DNA of 64,000 bases from Chrysomallon squamiferum. Its lineage: Eukaryota > Animalia > Mollusca. The stretch is from positions 3,038,001 through 3,102,000 of the forward strand of contig CM022668.1 in the NCBI GenBank assembly GCA_012295275.1. Direction: 5' to 3'. Position numbers and translations under genes: made by a program. The notes beneath the pieces are model-generated. The model searched no databases. It worked only from the letters and a program-made list of their open reading frames with translations, and was not told where the DNA came from. Of the stretch, positions 16,712-31,669 are shown piece by piece. Position 1 is the stretch's first letter, and the number at the start of each line of letters is the position of its first letter.

Positions 16712-18597
16712 ATGACAATGTCACGAAGTATCAAAAACAAAACGAAGAAATTCCTCTTCTTTGTTTGTCTGTTTTGTGTCACGTACTTCGTCTGTTTCGT
16801 CTACGTGTATCATTCACCGAAGCCTTATTTATATTTTTCTTCTTACAATTCCACGAATCTCAGACGTCAAGTTGTTCCAGATGTCCTCAAGTGTATGACG
16901 TCAGGCACGTGGAGAACGCGAAATCTGACGTCACAAGAGCAACGTGAAATTAACGCATTTTACATAAACAGCAGAGATCATTTGCCGAGTGCCACAGACT
17001 ATCAAAGACCTGACTTGAAATGTGGAAATGTCACTTACACCGGAACTAGTTACAGGAAATGGTTTCGTGTCCTCTGCAATCCAGGAGGACGGACGCCATG
17101 TTGTTTTAATAACAAATGTGTGAACAAAACCGTGGAAAAGTGCAGAGGACCTTCGAACTTTAACCTCAGGTCGCGCATTCATGCCGAGTATGCCACCTGG
17201 GTTCCAAGTGACAAGAGATGTTCTGTGAAGTTCTTCGACTCTCAGTCTGGCTGCAGTGTGTTAGAAGGGTGGACCATCTACGTCATCGGCGACTCCTTAA
17301 TGCGGCAGTTGTACACGGCGCTGTTGTTGATTTTGACTGGCAACTACAACACTGGTGCTTTCAAACCAAATACAACCAAAAGTAGGTGCTTTCATGCTGG
17401 TGGAGGAATACTGTGATAAAAGTGATATCACTAAATAATGAAATCACAATATAATCAATTTGGTTTTATGCGTTGTTTTATAGGAGAAATAAAAAATGAA
17501 TATTAATTTCTTTAAGTTCTTTATTTCCACGTATGAAATACATGTGTCATGTATATAACATATACAGTATATTGAAAAGAATAATAATATTAATAATAAA
17601 GTTGTTTTTTTTTTATTACTTTTTATATTTCAACTCATCATTACAGATATTACTTTGAGGTTAAAAAAAGTGTCACGATATTAAAAAACAAATCTTAAAA
17701 ACAATGTCCTTTTCTTTTTGGAGATCTGGAAGTGGCCACATATCTTGCTCTTTACGTCTTTCTTGATTTAGTATACGTACAGGTGCCTTTTTATTTTAGG
17801 GTTATTTTTATTTACAAATTATATCATAATGAAGGGATAACAAGATAATATAATATAATACTATAAAAAGACGATACTGAATGTTTTAATTTAACTAGAT
17901 CACTAGACTTGTTTTTATCACACGGTGTAATGAAAATAATTCACGAATCTGTTAGACAAAAGCGAACTGAGGCAATTACTCTCTGTGTAAATATTCATTA
18001 TATTTCATTTTTTGTTGTATAAAATCTTTCTTTTTTTCAGAAATATTAGAACAGTGTAGTGGAATGTATATTTTCCCACACAAAACCTGCCGCAAACACA
18101 TCGACTTTGAACCAAAACTCTGCAACGGCCACGTCACCCTTCAGTTTAAATACTACGCATCATCAGAATATGGCTTCTTCCTGTTTAACGCAACTCGTCA
18201 ACTCAAGTGGAAGAAAAAGTCGATGATGTTTGTTGGCGTTGGTATATGGGACCACTACGTTTACGACACTGTCGTCAGCAAATACGTGAACGTCATTCTA
18301 GAAGGTCTGCGAGGCAACTACAGCGAATGGCCAAAAGTTTTATGGTCGTCAACGCACAGTCTCGGTATCTGGAGATACCCGTATGTGAAAACCGTTAACA
18401 GTTATCACGGTAAAGAGTACAACGACAAAATGGCTGCCTACTTACGTGTGTATGATATACCAGTGTTTGACACTTTCAGCCTCACGGATGGAGTTATGAG
18501 TATAGATGGAAGTCACTTTGGAATGGGTGTAAACTTGCTGAAAGCTCAGATTTATCTAAATTACATGAAACAGTTGAAAGACAAGGGTCGCTGGTGA
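16712..18597 (+). CDS. Paralog of the same SGNH/PC-esterase-like family, subtype B (copy B1); exons 16712-17381 and 18041-18597, 408 aa
   Basis: Same donor (GTAGGT at 17382) and acceptor (TTTTTTTCAG ending 18040), in-frame join of 1227 nt, GDS and DGSH motifs intact. The stop lies 11 nt before the assembly gap. Confidence 0.87.
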
Positions 18598-18608
18598 TTG
18601 TGTTAATT

Positions 18609-18808
18609 NNNNNNNNNNNNNNNNNNNNNNNNNNNNNNNNNNNNNNNNNNNNNNNNNNNNNNNNNNNNNNNNNNNNNNNNNNNNNNNNNNNNNNNNNNNN
18701 NNNNNNNNNNNNNNNNNNNNNNNNNNNNNNNNNNNNNNNNNNNNNNNNNNNNNNNNNNNNNNNNNNNNNNNNNNNNNNNNNNNNNNNNNNNNNNNNNNNN
18801 NNNNNNNN
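18609..18808. other. Assembly gap, 200 N
   Basis: Run of exactly 200 N; a fixed length suggests a scaffolding placeholder. Confidence 0.99.
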
Positions 18809-19467
18809 TGTCTGGATTATTTCACACACGGAAATACAAAACCTTCAAATTGACAAAGTATAGCAGCAATCGTTTTAAAAGAAAATAAACTTTAATTTTT
18901 ATATGAATATTCAAACACACCTTATGTAATATTAAAAGTCTTACCAGTGAAAAATTTATTTTAGTCGCTAAATTTGAAATAGTCTTCAAGTTACAACGAG
19001 TTAAAATATACCGGCTTGAAAAACAAATGTAGTAGAGATTATTTAAATTTAAAATAATTTTAGATGTTAATAATTATTTCAATGTTAAAATTACAAATAA
19101 ATATTAACAAATTTTTAAATTTAACAATTTCTAAATTTAAATACAAGAAAATTACCAGATATTAACAGATATTGTTTTCTTCAAGAGAGATGAAACTGTA
19201 AGTTTATCAACGTCTCTTTACAAAAACAACAGCAGCAGAAGAAGAAGAACAATAATAATAACAACACCAACAACAACAACAGGCAGTAATCATCATCAGA
19301 ATAACTGCAACTAATAATCCTAACTGTAATAATACAACAGCAACAACAACATCAATAATAATAATAATAACAAAAACAAGAACATAATAATATGAATAGT
19401 AGTAACAATAACAATAAAAACAACTACATATTATTATTATTACTATTATTATTATTATTATTAAGGT

Positions 19468-19534
<67 letters not shown>

Positions 19535-20112
19535 AATTAGTATTAGTATTAGTATTACCTTCCTCAACAGAAAATAAAATAAAGCAAAATAAATTATCAG
19601 TAACATAATGAAATTTTATATAAAGAAATGTTACCTATTCACTACATCAGACTATCGGTCTTTGTTGAGCTTCTGTCGCGTCCAAGGCTAAATGTCTCCC
19701 AGTAAACTGTAACTGAATGTGACAGGAAAAAATCTTCCACGTATGAAAACAATAACGGAGCAGAAACTCCGCTGCTACGGTCCACTGCACACGAACGATG
19801 AGACAAAGCTGTCGTCAAATAGTCACTCTGATGGTAATTCAAGCCGGTGTCAGAGAATATTTGTTCCCCACGAATATTCGTTCCCCCTCGATCGTGTTTT
19901 CATACAAATATTGTTCACTGAATATTTGTTCCTGGGGTACAGATATTCGTGGGAACAAGTAAGCTTTTACACCGGTTCTTTTAGAGAAGCGAAATGAAGT
20001 CAACAGCCGCTCCCACATTTTTGTATTGTTTGTCTTTTCATTTTTGATCAAGTAAAAATCCATTAATTTATATCTAATGTAATCAGGTTTTATCAAGGAA
20101 TGTTCTTGGGTT

Positions 20113-20155
<43 letters not shown>

Positions 20156-21111
20156 CTTTAAATTCTATATATTTTGCACGTTACAGATTTTTTAGGGTTT
20201 TTTAATTCTGATTGAAAGCTGTTGCCAACATAAACGATGTCAGAGCTGGTTCAAACTTTCAGACAATCAAAGGAGATGAAACAAATTTAGTTAGGACAAA
20301 CAGTATAGCAACATCTCGTGTAATTTCAGAGATATATTAAGGCATAGTTATATATAAAACAAATAAATAAATTTTAAAAAATTAGTGTTTTCTAGAACCA
20401 CAGTAAGAAATACATAAATATTATTTTATAAACACGTCTCTATAATTGAAATGAAAATAATTTACTCTGTCGTTTGAGAGTTGAAACTCTTCCTCCATGA
20501 TAAATATCTACGTGATGACGTGAATATTAATAAAGCTGCAATTTACTTCAGGTCCCGTCTAAGATTAGCAACTATCTACGTCACGTGACTGAAATGGCAC
20601 GTTCCCATTGGCTTGACAGTTCTATTTAGTAATCCAAAGCAATGAGGTTGAGGTTATATTTCATTATGGTTATAGAACTTAATCGATATTTTTCTTTAAA
20701 AAATGGTTTCTCTAGTGTTGATTCAAAAGTGTTGAAGTTTAAACTGTTGTATTTAGTGCTTAAAACTATAGGCCAACATTATCTACCCTCTTTTAACGAT
20801 TATTTTGCTTCAGAAAAAATCCCAAAATGAGAACCACTAATCCGATTTCAAAAATATAAAAATTATTTTGATCCAGTAATTATCCTGCTATCTCCTAACG
20901 TTAAAAAATAAAAATAAAACAAACATAATATCCTATCAAACTGAAATACTGTAAGCAAGTTCATACGCTCCATTACATTCACAGCTTGTCATAAAATAAA
21001 TAAAAAAGAGATAACGAACAGCGATAACAGCAGAGTGTCACAGCTGTCACAAAGACTGATACAGTATTTGTTTAGATTTCAGAAAGTGTAGCCAATAAAC
21101 ACGTTATTGTT

Positions 21112-21242
<131 letters not shown>

Positions 21243-21377
21243 CATATATGTGTGTACGTGTCTGAGTATATATATACATATATATATATACCTATATGTG
21301 TATGTATATACACATACATACATATATATGCGTGTATAGATATATCTTTATAAATACTAAAGAAATAAAATATATAT

Positions 21378-22820
21378 ACGCAAAAGTAGATTTTATTGAC
21401 ACTGGGAATATCTATCTAATGGATCAACAGAAAGCAGCAGAATGTTCACATTTTACACACACTTTCGCAATTCATTAATATTGATGGTATTACGTTGAAA
21501 AGGTTAAAGTTCAAGGTTATAACAGTATAATATCAATACCTTGTGTGCCCACCATGGGAGTCCAGAACTGCCTGACATCTCCTTCCCATGGCAGTAATGA
21601 CATTACGAATTACACCTTGTGGAATGGTGGCCCACTCTGTCTGTAGTAATAATGCCAACTGAGCACGATTCTGTGGCTGTGGTTGATGCTGCCTCAGTCG
21701 TCTATCCAACTCATCCCATAAATGCTCTATAGGGTTCTAATCCGGAGATTTAGAGGGCCAGGGCAGGACCTAAATGTTATTGTTGTGTAGGTACGCTGTT
21801 GTGAGTCTGGTTGTATGTGGTCTCGCACTGTCGTGCTGGAATACAGCGTTACCGTTATTCATAATTGGAGCGACATGCGGCTGCAACATTTCATCTCAGT
21901 ATCTCTGTACCGTTAAGTTTCCTTGGATGTGAACACACCATCACACTACCACCGCCAAATCTGTCCGCTTCCTGTATGCAGTTTCCAATAAAACGTTCAC
22001 CACGACGTCTGTAAACTCGACATCTTCCATCAGCTCGTTGAAGCAGAAATCGAGTCTCGTCACTAAAACAGACAGTTATCCATTTAACTGAGGCCAGACC
22101 AGGTGCAGTTGACACCACTGACGTCGTAGTCGACGATGTTGTTGAGACAAAACAACTCTTCTTACAGGCCGTCTGGCTCGAATACCTGACTCGCGTAAAC
22201 GATTGCGCACTGTCTGAGCCGATAGTCTACGCATACCTGGTATTGCTGAAGCAGTAGAGGTAGCCGTGGTGGTTGATTCCCGTAGATGAAGTACCCGTAT
22301 GTAGCGGTCCTGGGCCCTGGTGATTACACGTGGTCTACCAGATCTGGGACGGTCACGTGTTGTTTGGTGTTGCTGGAACCGATACCACAATCTCAAGATG
22401 GTGCTTGGGGATACATGGAACACCCGGGCTACGGCCGAGAAGGATTCGACAGCTTGTAAACGGCCGATGACGTTGTTTCGTTGCGGTTCACTCAGTCGTG
22501 GCATTAGTTTGATGTTGGGTCAGAACAAAAATAACGAACAGAACTATTCGAAAACCTTGCATTTTTATAACCCTCGTATTCAAGTTTCATGTGCTGCACG
22601 TGCACATGCACTGGTAACGTGGTTTACATGCGGGGATGTTTTGGCTAATAAACACGATCATAGCCTTTATTTTGTGTTACCTGCTTTTTGGCGACTGTAA
22701 CAAAAGCTGTACGTTTGAATCACCAAATATCATTATATTCATAGTTTAAATATCGATATGTGTCAGTTTACAATAGTTATCTAAGAAATCAACCATGTTG
22801 CGTTTCTGTTTTTGGGAGGG
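21378..22820 (-). mobile_element. Degenerate Tc1-family DNA transposon (transposase relic ~21533-22504)
   Basis: HTH region with RPRSGRPR, then FSDETRF, GGGSVMV, FQHDSARPH, WPSKSPD..PIEHLWDEL and GGHTRY* across frameshifts and stops. Right terminus TTGCGTTTCTGTTTTTGGGAGGG|TA; left terminal repeat partly deleted. Confidence 0.92.
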
Positions 22821-22867
22821 TATATATATATACACACACTTCACATGTATATACATATATATCTGTG

Positions 22868-22963
<96 letters not shown>

Positions 22964-25010
22964 AGTATATGTATGTATATGTGTGTCTGTGTGTATATGT
23001 GTATGTGTGTACGGATGTATGTATATACACACATATAGAGTTAACAGAAACAGACAATTTGCAATCAGGTAAGTAAGGTGATATAGGAAACATCTGGTGT
23101 ATTAAGTACAAGCAATAAACATAAATAAACATTGAGTAAAAGCATTCCCCAGAGAACAGCACACAAGACAAAATTAGAAACAGATGACATGTATTTGATC
23201 GACTTATTTCTCAAACTGTTGTGTGCACCTTTATTGAGTACACAAAGTCCTCACTGCTATAAAATATATAGTTGAGGATTGTATATGTTAGTGTTGCCGT
23301 TGATGATGATGGTTTTATTTATAGCTGGTCATTTGCTGTTACAAAATGATTTTTATTGATATATTTTAATAAACGTTGTAACAATTTTCATTATTTATTT
23401 TTATTTTTTATTATTAATTATTTTTCACTTATTATATTTTTTATTTTATTTTATTTTATTTTATTATTTTTTTTATTTTTTTTTGGCGTGGGTCATTCAG
23501 TTTATAATTTTCATCTGAATGTGTTATTAATAGGCTTTATTAAGTTGTGTATTTTTTATATTTTTTATCTATTATTATTAAAAAAAAAAAATTACATTTT
23601 TAATAGATTGTCAGACACAAAATAAGTTTTAAAACTGAAAATGACAGATAAATATTAATCTTGAAAACTTAACTTTATACATTTTTTTCTATTCCGAGAG
23701 AGAGAGATTAAAAAAAACACAGATGTGAATCTTTAGTTTTTGTTCCGTGCTCTAACAGCGCGTTTGTTATTCTCTGATTGGAAAAAGAAACGAAATATAA
23801 AAGATCAAATAAACCAAACGTCCAGGCTTCCTAACAGTAGCAGTGTATTTACTTTACGTCGAGCAAGTGTATACAGCTTTATAATTCACATTATAAATAA
23901 TCATCAGTGAAACATAAACACGTGTTTGTGTAATTAGAGCATGGACACTTGGTGTCGGCCAGGGAAGTCGACAAATCTGTTTTGTTTAGTACCGGGACGT
24001 AGACATGTCTAATTGTTTGTAAGTTCTGCGCTGCAGTTACGAGACGCCTTTTTTGTTAACAACGAAATGAGAACCCTGAACTTGAATGTTATGTGATTAC
24101 TGTCCTGGGTAGAATTTCATATTAGGCTTTCTTTAATAGAGTAGGTACCTGTGTGTTTTTCGGTTTTTTGTTTATTTGCTCGTATTATACTCTACCATTT
24201 TACTGTTTTGGGTAGCAAATTGATCTTTCTCTTCTATTGAACAGGTGCTTGTACATAGGGTTCTTTTACCGGTATAATCTATATCAAGTTTCATATCAAA
24301 ATGGAAAAATCGTGACTGTTTTAATTCATAATTTCTTCTTTTTTTAATTTTTAATTTTGTTTTTGCTTTGTTTGGCTTTTTATCTTTATAACTCATGCAT
24401 CAGTAAACAGGCTAGTCTTTGACTGGCCTATTTTGTGCCAAGTACATGCAGGCCACCGCCTTTACCTTCACGAAAACGAAGCATTCGGGTAATAGTGACA
24501 TTTTTACGGGTAGCGATGATGAACACAATTCAAACGATATCACAGTATATTCATAGAAATGAGCATAGATATTTTTTTAATTTATTTTTAGAAGATATTT
24601 TATTTATTATTTCATTCTTATGTATTTAATTTTCTTTTTATCGTATTGGACAAGTAGAAAGAGTGAGATGCAATGACAAACTTCTACCTCTTCCTTCTTA
24701 GTGTTAATAGTTACGTTGTCTGTTACCAGATTTGTTAAGGTTATTTATTAACATAATAATAATAATATTAATAACAATAATAATAACAACACAAAATAAA
24801 TAAATAAATAATGTATACATTTTTTTGACAATAAATAAAAGGTAATTTTAAAACAAAAATAAAACAAAATAATTTTTTTTGATTGTTTTATTTATTTTAT
24901 ATTTCATTAACATTATATATTTAGTTCTTAAAACACTCTTTCACTTCGCCTAAGCCTAATGAATTATATATCAATGGATAATCATATAAGTTATATATCA
25001 ATAAAGTTGT

Positions 25011-25119
<109 letters not shown>

Positions 25120-25657
25120 GATGTCGTGATGTTTTAAATTATCGATATGTAAAAATATATTTTTTTTTTAATAATTAAATGCGTAAATAAATATGGAACG
25201 ATATTTAAAACATTTTATATATATCATTTTCAAAAACAAATAAAATATTAAATACGTAAATAAATAAATATGAAAATAAGTAAGGAAACAAGTAAGCAAA
25301 TAAATTTGTGTTTACCGTTTAGACAGTATTATGAAAGAATTATGCGAATGAACAGATATTTTCCATTCATTTAATAAATTATTGTAAGACACTGAAACCT
25401 TTAAAAAAAAATGTACACAGATTTCATTTCGTCATTAATATCAATAAGATATACCGCACATCACACACACACACACAGATTTCTGTCAAATGGAACTTTC
25501 TTTTATCGTTTCTGTTCCATGGAAACAATGTTTGAAATAGAAAACACGAATGCAAGCAAACAAACATAGAAACAGACAGAAAAACATGCATATATACCTA
25601 GTCACATACATACATCTCTTCATATATACACATATACACGAATATTCTTTAACGTAC

Positions 25658-25710
<53 letters not shown>

Positions 25711-26646
25711 ACAGGCAAATACACACAAGCCTTTATGCATGAATATATAGAGAACAAATTCAGCAAAAATATTTGTCATTTTATTATTATTATTATGAGA
25801 ATAGATGTTACAAGGAACATAATTCTGAAAGAACAAACTAAATAGTTGTTGAACATTTGCCTCCCTTTTAATAATCCGCATTATTCTAATACATTGTACT
25901 GAATGAAATTTTTATCTCCAAACTATGGCGGAGACTGGGGGATGGGGTGGGGTGGGGGTGGGTGCATGGGGTCAATAATACATTGTATAGCTGAAAAATG
26001 AAATATTGTTGTGACGGCTGCCAGATATTTTAAAACTGCACTCCGTCATTGTTATACTTGTTATACATTAAAATATTCAGGATAAACAGTAATAAATGCA
26101 TTAATAAGTACGTAAGAAAACAACAAATAAAGAAACAAATAAATACATATATTCATACCTAAATAAATAAATAAAGAAAGAAACAAAGAAACAAAGAAAC
26201 AAAGAAACAAATAAATAAATAAATGAACAAATACATAGATAAATAAATAAATATTTAAATAAATAAATAAATAAATATATCAATAAATTAATTAATTAAT
26301 AATTATGACTTCATGTTCCAGTCCACGTCTTATTGCTTCGTAGAACTCACAGAACTTTTTTTTTTGTCCCGTTTATGGAAATTTAATCATTCAAAAACAC
26401 ACGCACACATACATACATACACAAAACACGTATCTCATTGCTGTTTGTGGCACACCTTTTATTGTCAGTGAAATATTTTTAAATCCCTTCAAGCCAATAT
26501 TTAAAAAATCCTTTTAACCTTAGAAACCGAAGCAGACCACATATAAGTGAGTGATGTATAATACTGCTACTATTACTACTACTACTACTACTAATAATAA
26601 TAATAATAAGAAGAAGAAGAATAAGAAGAAGAAGAATAACAACAAC

Positions 26647-26680
<34 letters not shown>

Positions 26681-26818
26681 GTAATAATAATGATAATAAT
26701 AATAATAATAATAATGATAACAATAACAACAACAACAACAACAATAACAATAGCAATGATAAAAAAAGTACTGATGATGATAATGATGATGGTGGTAGTA
26801 ATAACAACATGAACAACA

Positions 26819-26857
<39 letters not shown>

Positions 26858-27130
26858 CCAACAACAACAATAATAATAACCACCATGATGATGATGATGA
26901 TTAATATAATGGTATAATAATATAATATAATAATAACAACAACAACAGCACACATATTGATAAATATCTATTATTTTACATAATCATGTAAAACAGTTAC
27001 GTCAGTAAAGACGTATATATATATATATAAATAATTCCGCACACACATACACATACGCACATACATATATACACACACAGAGAGACATAAATAAAAACAT
27101 ATACATACATATGTGTTAGGTTGGCACAGA

Positions 27131-27592
27131 CAGGTAAACAGGCAGGTTTGTAGTCAGGTAAACAGCCAGGTTTGGACTCAGGTAAACAGCCAGGTTTGTA
27201 GTCAGGTAAACAGGCAGGTTTGTAGTCAGGTAAACAGCCAGGTTTGGACTCAGGTAAACAGGCAGGTTTGGACTCAGGTAAACAGCCAGGTTTGTAGTCA
27301 GGTAAACAGCCAGGTTTGGACTCAGGTAAACAGCCAGGTTTGGACTCAGGTAAACAGCCAGGTTTGGACTCAGGTAAACAGCCAGGTTTGGACTCAGGTA
27401 AACAGGCAGGTTTGGACTCAGGTAAACAGCCAGGTTTGTAGTCAGGTAAACAGCCAGGTTTATAGTCAGGTAAACAGCCAGGTTTGGAGTCAGGAAAACA
27501 GGCAGGTTTGGACTCAGGTAAACAGCCAGGTTTGGACTCAGGTAAACAGCCAGGTTTGGACTCAGGTAAACAGCCAGGTTTGGAGTCAGGTA
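27131..27592. repeat. 24-bp minisatellite, 19 units (CAGGTAAACAGSCAGGTTTGKAST)
   Basis: Head-to-tail 24-nt units with no spacers, counted from the 8-aa periodic ORF 27113-27607. Confidence 0.95.
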
Positions 27593-27973
27593 CAACAAAG
27601 TTTGTAGACTGATAGGTTATGGAGCAGGCAACATATAAATAGTTAGACAGAACGACAAGTTATAGAGACAGATAGAGCAACATACAGCTAGATATACTCA
27701 CAGATAGAGACATAGACAGAGTGACTGACACAAAGATAGATAGATAGAAATATAGAGTAACAGACAGCTAGACATACAGATTGACAGACGTATATATAAA
27801 TTATAGATAGATAGATAGAGAGATAGACAAAAACACAGCTAGATATACAGATAGACATACAGACGGGCATACAGATAGATAGATAGACATAGATAGACCC
27901 ACAAACCGACAGATAGTCACGTAGGCACATAGGCAGACAGAGAGACAGATAATCAAGTAGGTAGGATTATAGG

Positions 27974-28017
<44 letters not shown>

Positions 28018-28073
28018 TGTGTAGTTTTTGTGTGTGTGTGTCTGTCTGTGTAGTTTCAAAATAATTAACACAA

Positions 28074-29960
28074 TCACCAGCGACCCTTGTCTTTCAACTG
28101 TTTCATGTAATTTAGATAAATCTGAGCTTTCAGCAAGTTTACACCCATTCCAAAGTGACTTCCGTCTATACTCATAACTCCATCCGTGACGTTGAAAGTG
28201 TCAAACACTGGTATATCATACACACGTAAGTAGGCAGCCATTTTGTCGTTGTACTCTTTACCGTGATAATTGTTAACGGTTTTCACATACGGGTATCTCC
28301 AGATACCGAGACTGTGCGTTGATGACCATAAAAATTTTGGCCATTCGCTGTAGTTGCCTCGCAGACCTTCTAGAATGACGTTCACGTATTTCCTGACGAC
28401 AGTGTCGTAAACGTAGTGGTCCCATATACCAACGCCAACAAACATAATCGACTTTTTCTTCCACTTGAGTTGACGAGTTGCGTTAAACAGGAAGAAGCCA
28501 TATTCTGATGATGCGTAGTATTTAAACTGAAGGGTGACGTGGCCGTTGCAGAGTTTTGGTTCAAAGTCGATGTGTTTGCGGCAGGCTTTGTGTGGGAAAA
28601 TATACATTCCACTACACTGTTCTAATATTTCTGAAAAAAAGAAAGATTTTATACAACAAAAAATGAAATATAATGAATATTTACACAGAGAGTAATTGCC
28701 TCAGTTCGCTTTTGTCTAACAGATTCGTGAATTATTTTCATTACACCGTGTGATAAAAACAAGTCTAGTGATCTAGTTAAATTAAAACATTCAGTATCGT
28801 CTTTTATAGTATTATATTATATTATCTTGTTATCCCTTCATTATGATATAATTTGTAAATAAAAATAACCCTAAAATAAAAAGGCACCTGTACGTATACT
28901 AAATCAAGAAAGACGTAAAGAGCAAGATATGTGGCCACTTCCAGATCTCCAAAAAGAAAAGGACATTGTTTTTAAGATTTGTTTTTTAATATCGTGACAC
29001 TTTTTTTAACCTCAAAGTAATATCTGTAATGATGAGTTGAAATATAAAAAGTAATAAAAAAAAAAAAACAAATTATTATTAATATTATTATTCTTTTCAA
29101 TATACTGTATATGTTATATACATGACACATGTATTTCATACGTGGAAATAAAGAACTTAAAGAAATTAATATTCATTTTTTATTTCTCCTATAAAACAAC
29201 GCATAAAACCAAATTGATTATATTGTGATTTCATTATTTAGTGATATCACTTTTATCACAGTATTCCTCCACCAGCATGAAAGCACCTACTTTTGGTTGT
29301 ATTTGGTTTGAAAGCACCAGTGTTGTAGTTGCCAGTCAAAATCAACAACAGCGCCGTGTACAACTGCCGCATTAAGGAGTCGCCGATGACGTAGATGGTC
29401 CACCCTTCTAACACACTGCAGCCAGACTGAGAGTCGAAGAACTTCACAGAACATCTCTTGTCACTTGGAACCCAGGTGGCATACTCGGCATGAATGCGCG
29501 ACCTGAGGTCAAAGTTCGAAGGTCCTCTGCACTTTTCCACGGTTTTGTTCACACATTTGTTATTAAAACAACATGGCGTCCGTCCTCCTGGATTGCAGAG
29601 GACGCGAAACCATTTCCTGTAACTAGTTCCGGTGTAAGTGACATTTCCACATTTCAAGTCAGGTCTTTGATAGTCTGTGGCACTCGGCAAATGATCTCTG
29701 CTATTTTTGTAAAATGCGTTAATTTCACGTTGTTCTTGTGACGTCAGATTTCGCGTTCTCCACGTTCCTGACGTCATACATCTGAGGACATCTGGAACAA
29801 CTTGACGTCTGAGATTCGTGGAATTGTAAGAAGAAAAATATAAATAAGGCTTCGGTGAATGATACACGTAGACGAAACAGACGAAGTACGTGACACAAAA
29901 CAGACAAACAAAGAAGAGGAATTTCTTCGTTTTGTTTTTGATACTTCGTGACATTGTCAT
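28074..29960 (-). CDS. Paralog, subtype B (copy B2); exons 29960-29291 and 28630-28074, 408 aa
   Basis: ORFs 29256-29960 and 28074-28607 on the minus strand, same splice sites, 670+557 nt in frame, GDS and DGSH intact. Confidence 0.87.
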
Positions 29961-30070
29961 CGTTTTGTGAACAAACGTGTGAGATTCTGAAAAAACTAAA
30001 ACAGATTACATAGGAATAATGGAGATTATTATTTGAACACACACACTCACACACACAGACACACAAACAC

Positions 30071-30150
<80 letters not shown>

Positions 30151-31186
30151 CAGAAATACAGACAGTCAGACAAACAGACAGACATACAGAGAGACAGCGG
30201 AGAGCTAAATGTACACGACGGCAAAGAGTTCTGTTGTCCTATGTTACCCTACGACAGGAGCTCCCAGACTTCCTTTATAAATAAATAATTAAATAAATAA
30301 ATAAATACATTTTTAAATTAATCATGTGAGGACATCAGAAAACAGAAATCCGGGGGAGGAGACTATTTCAGGGCGACGCCTCCCCCTCCCTCTGACTAAC
30401 TAGACAAACCGGTAACATACTGAGAATGTTTTCCAGTGTAAATTATGATTAGAATTGGATCAATAAGACGATGATGGTTATGGTGGAAACAATGAAAATG
30501 TTTCCAATTTGCCTATTAAGTGAGTTTGTTTTTCTTTGTTTCTGCTGTTAGATAGTGTCCATACAATAATTAATGTTTTATTCAACAAGAAACAAAAGAA
30601 AGAAAAAAACATAAACGTAACAATTAATTTAAATAAATAAAAGCAGTTGAACATTTGATGTTGTATCTGATCAGCGGTAATTTATGTCTCTGTGGTTTGA
30701 GAATATCAAAGTTTTTCTTACAAAGAGTAAAATTGAGAAAAGTAAAACTAGACATGTTCTGCGAAACCCAACATGTTGTTGTTTTTTTTTTGTCTTTTCT
30801 TGTGTTTTATTTTTTATTTTTATGCCCCGAAGAAATGCTGTAAACAAATACAAACGTATATATACACATATTAAAGGTTTATAACTTTTCGCTCAAAGCA
30901 ACTTTGACTGTTATAATGGAACTAGTCACACGTGATATAAAAAAAAAAAAAAGGCAGCCAAGTGTAGCATCAAGTCGTAATTCTTATTGATGTCGTCGTT
31001 GTTGTTGATGGTGGTTATACAGAATTTATTCTTGCTCTAATTGCTATTCTTATTATCCTTTTTTAAAAAATATTATTGAGGATACAGGTAATCTAGAATA
31101 TATAATGAGTATGAACAAAATGCATGTACTATGTCTCTCATAAATGATTTCAATTTAGCGCTTTTTCTTCTTCTTCTTTCTTTTTT

Positions 31187-31304
<118 letters not shown>

Positions 31305-31548
31305 ACGAATACTTCATTAGCCGCATGTACTATTAACTTTCATTGCCAAAGGAAAAATAAATTCTACAACATCATTAGTCTAATTTTTTTATCATGAGGT
31401 GGCTAACGTAGAATAATTTACTTCTTATCAGTCAATTTCTCACACATTCGTATTCAATGTCTCCTCTTTCACCAGTCACTGTACATGTTTTATCTTTGCG
31501 ATCTTCAGAAAACTTATCAGCAATACAAGACCACTACGTGACGTAGCG

Positions 31549-31669
31549 GTTTTGCTGTCAATGTTTATAGTTTTGCTGTCAGTGTTTATAGTTTTACTGT
31601 CAGTGTTTATAGTTTTGCTGTCAGTGTTTATAGTTTTGCTGTCAGTGTTTATAGTTTTGCTGTCAGTGT
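31549..31669. repeat. 21-bp tandem repeat (~5.8 units) upstream of B2
   Basis: Reverse complement of the 15109 array with one extra unit. Confidence 0.92.

Noticed and set aside
19642-20096. ORFs of 66-92 aa conserved at 19.6, 41.8 and 62.2 kb (also 24172-24629 / 46227-46684)
   Set aside because: Conservation reflects recent segmental duplication. For the 19.6-kb set the older paralog at 11.5-12.0 kb does not keep the frames, and none has a recognisable motif.
23040-23080. Possible 21-nt micro-exon (TTAACAG|AAACAGACAATTTGCAATCAG|GTAAGT), also at ~45090, ~36740 and reversed at ~10385 and ~59450
   Set aside because: Good donor but no polypyrimidine tract, antisense to the gene family, and no partner exons identified.
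27113-27607. 164-aa and 160-aa repetitive ORFs (QVNSQVWT / LAVYLSPN), and the 49171-49713 equivalents, as repeat proteins or a CRISPR-like array
   Set aside because: A 24-nt unit without stops is open by arithmetic. The ORFs start at non-ATG codons, have no unique coding flanks, and the repeats have no spacers or cas genes.
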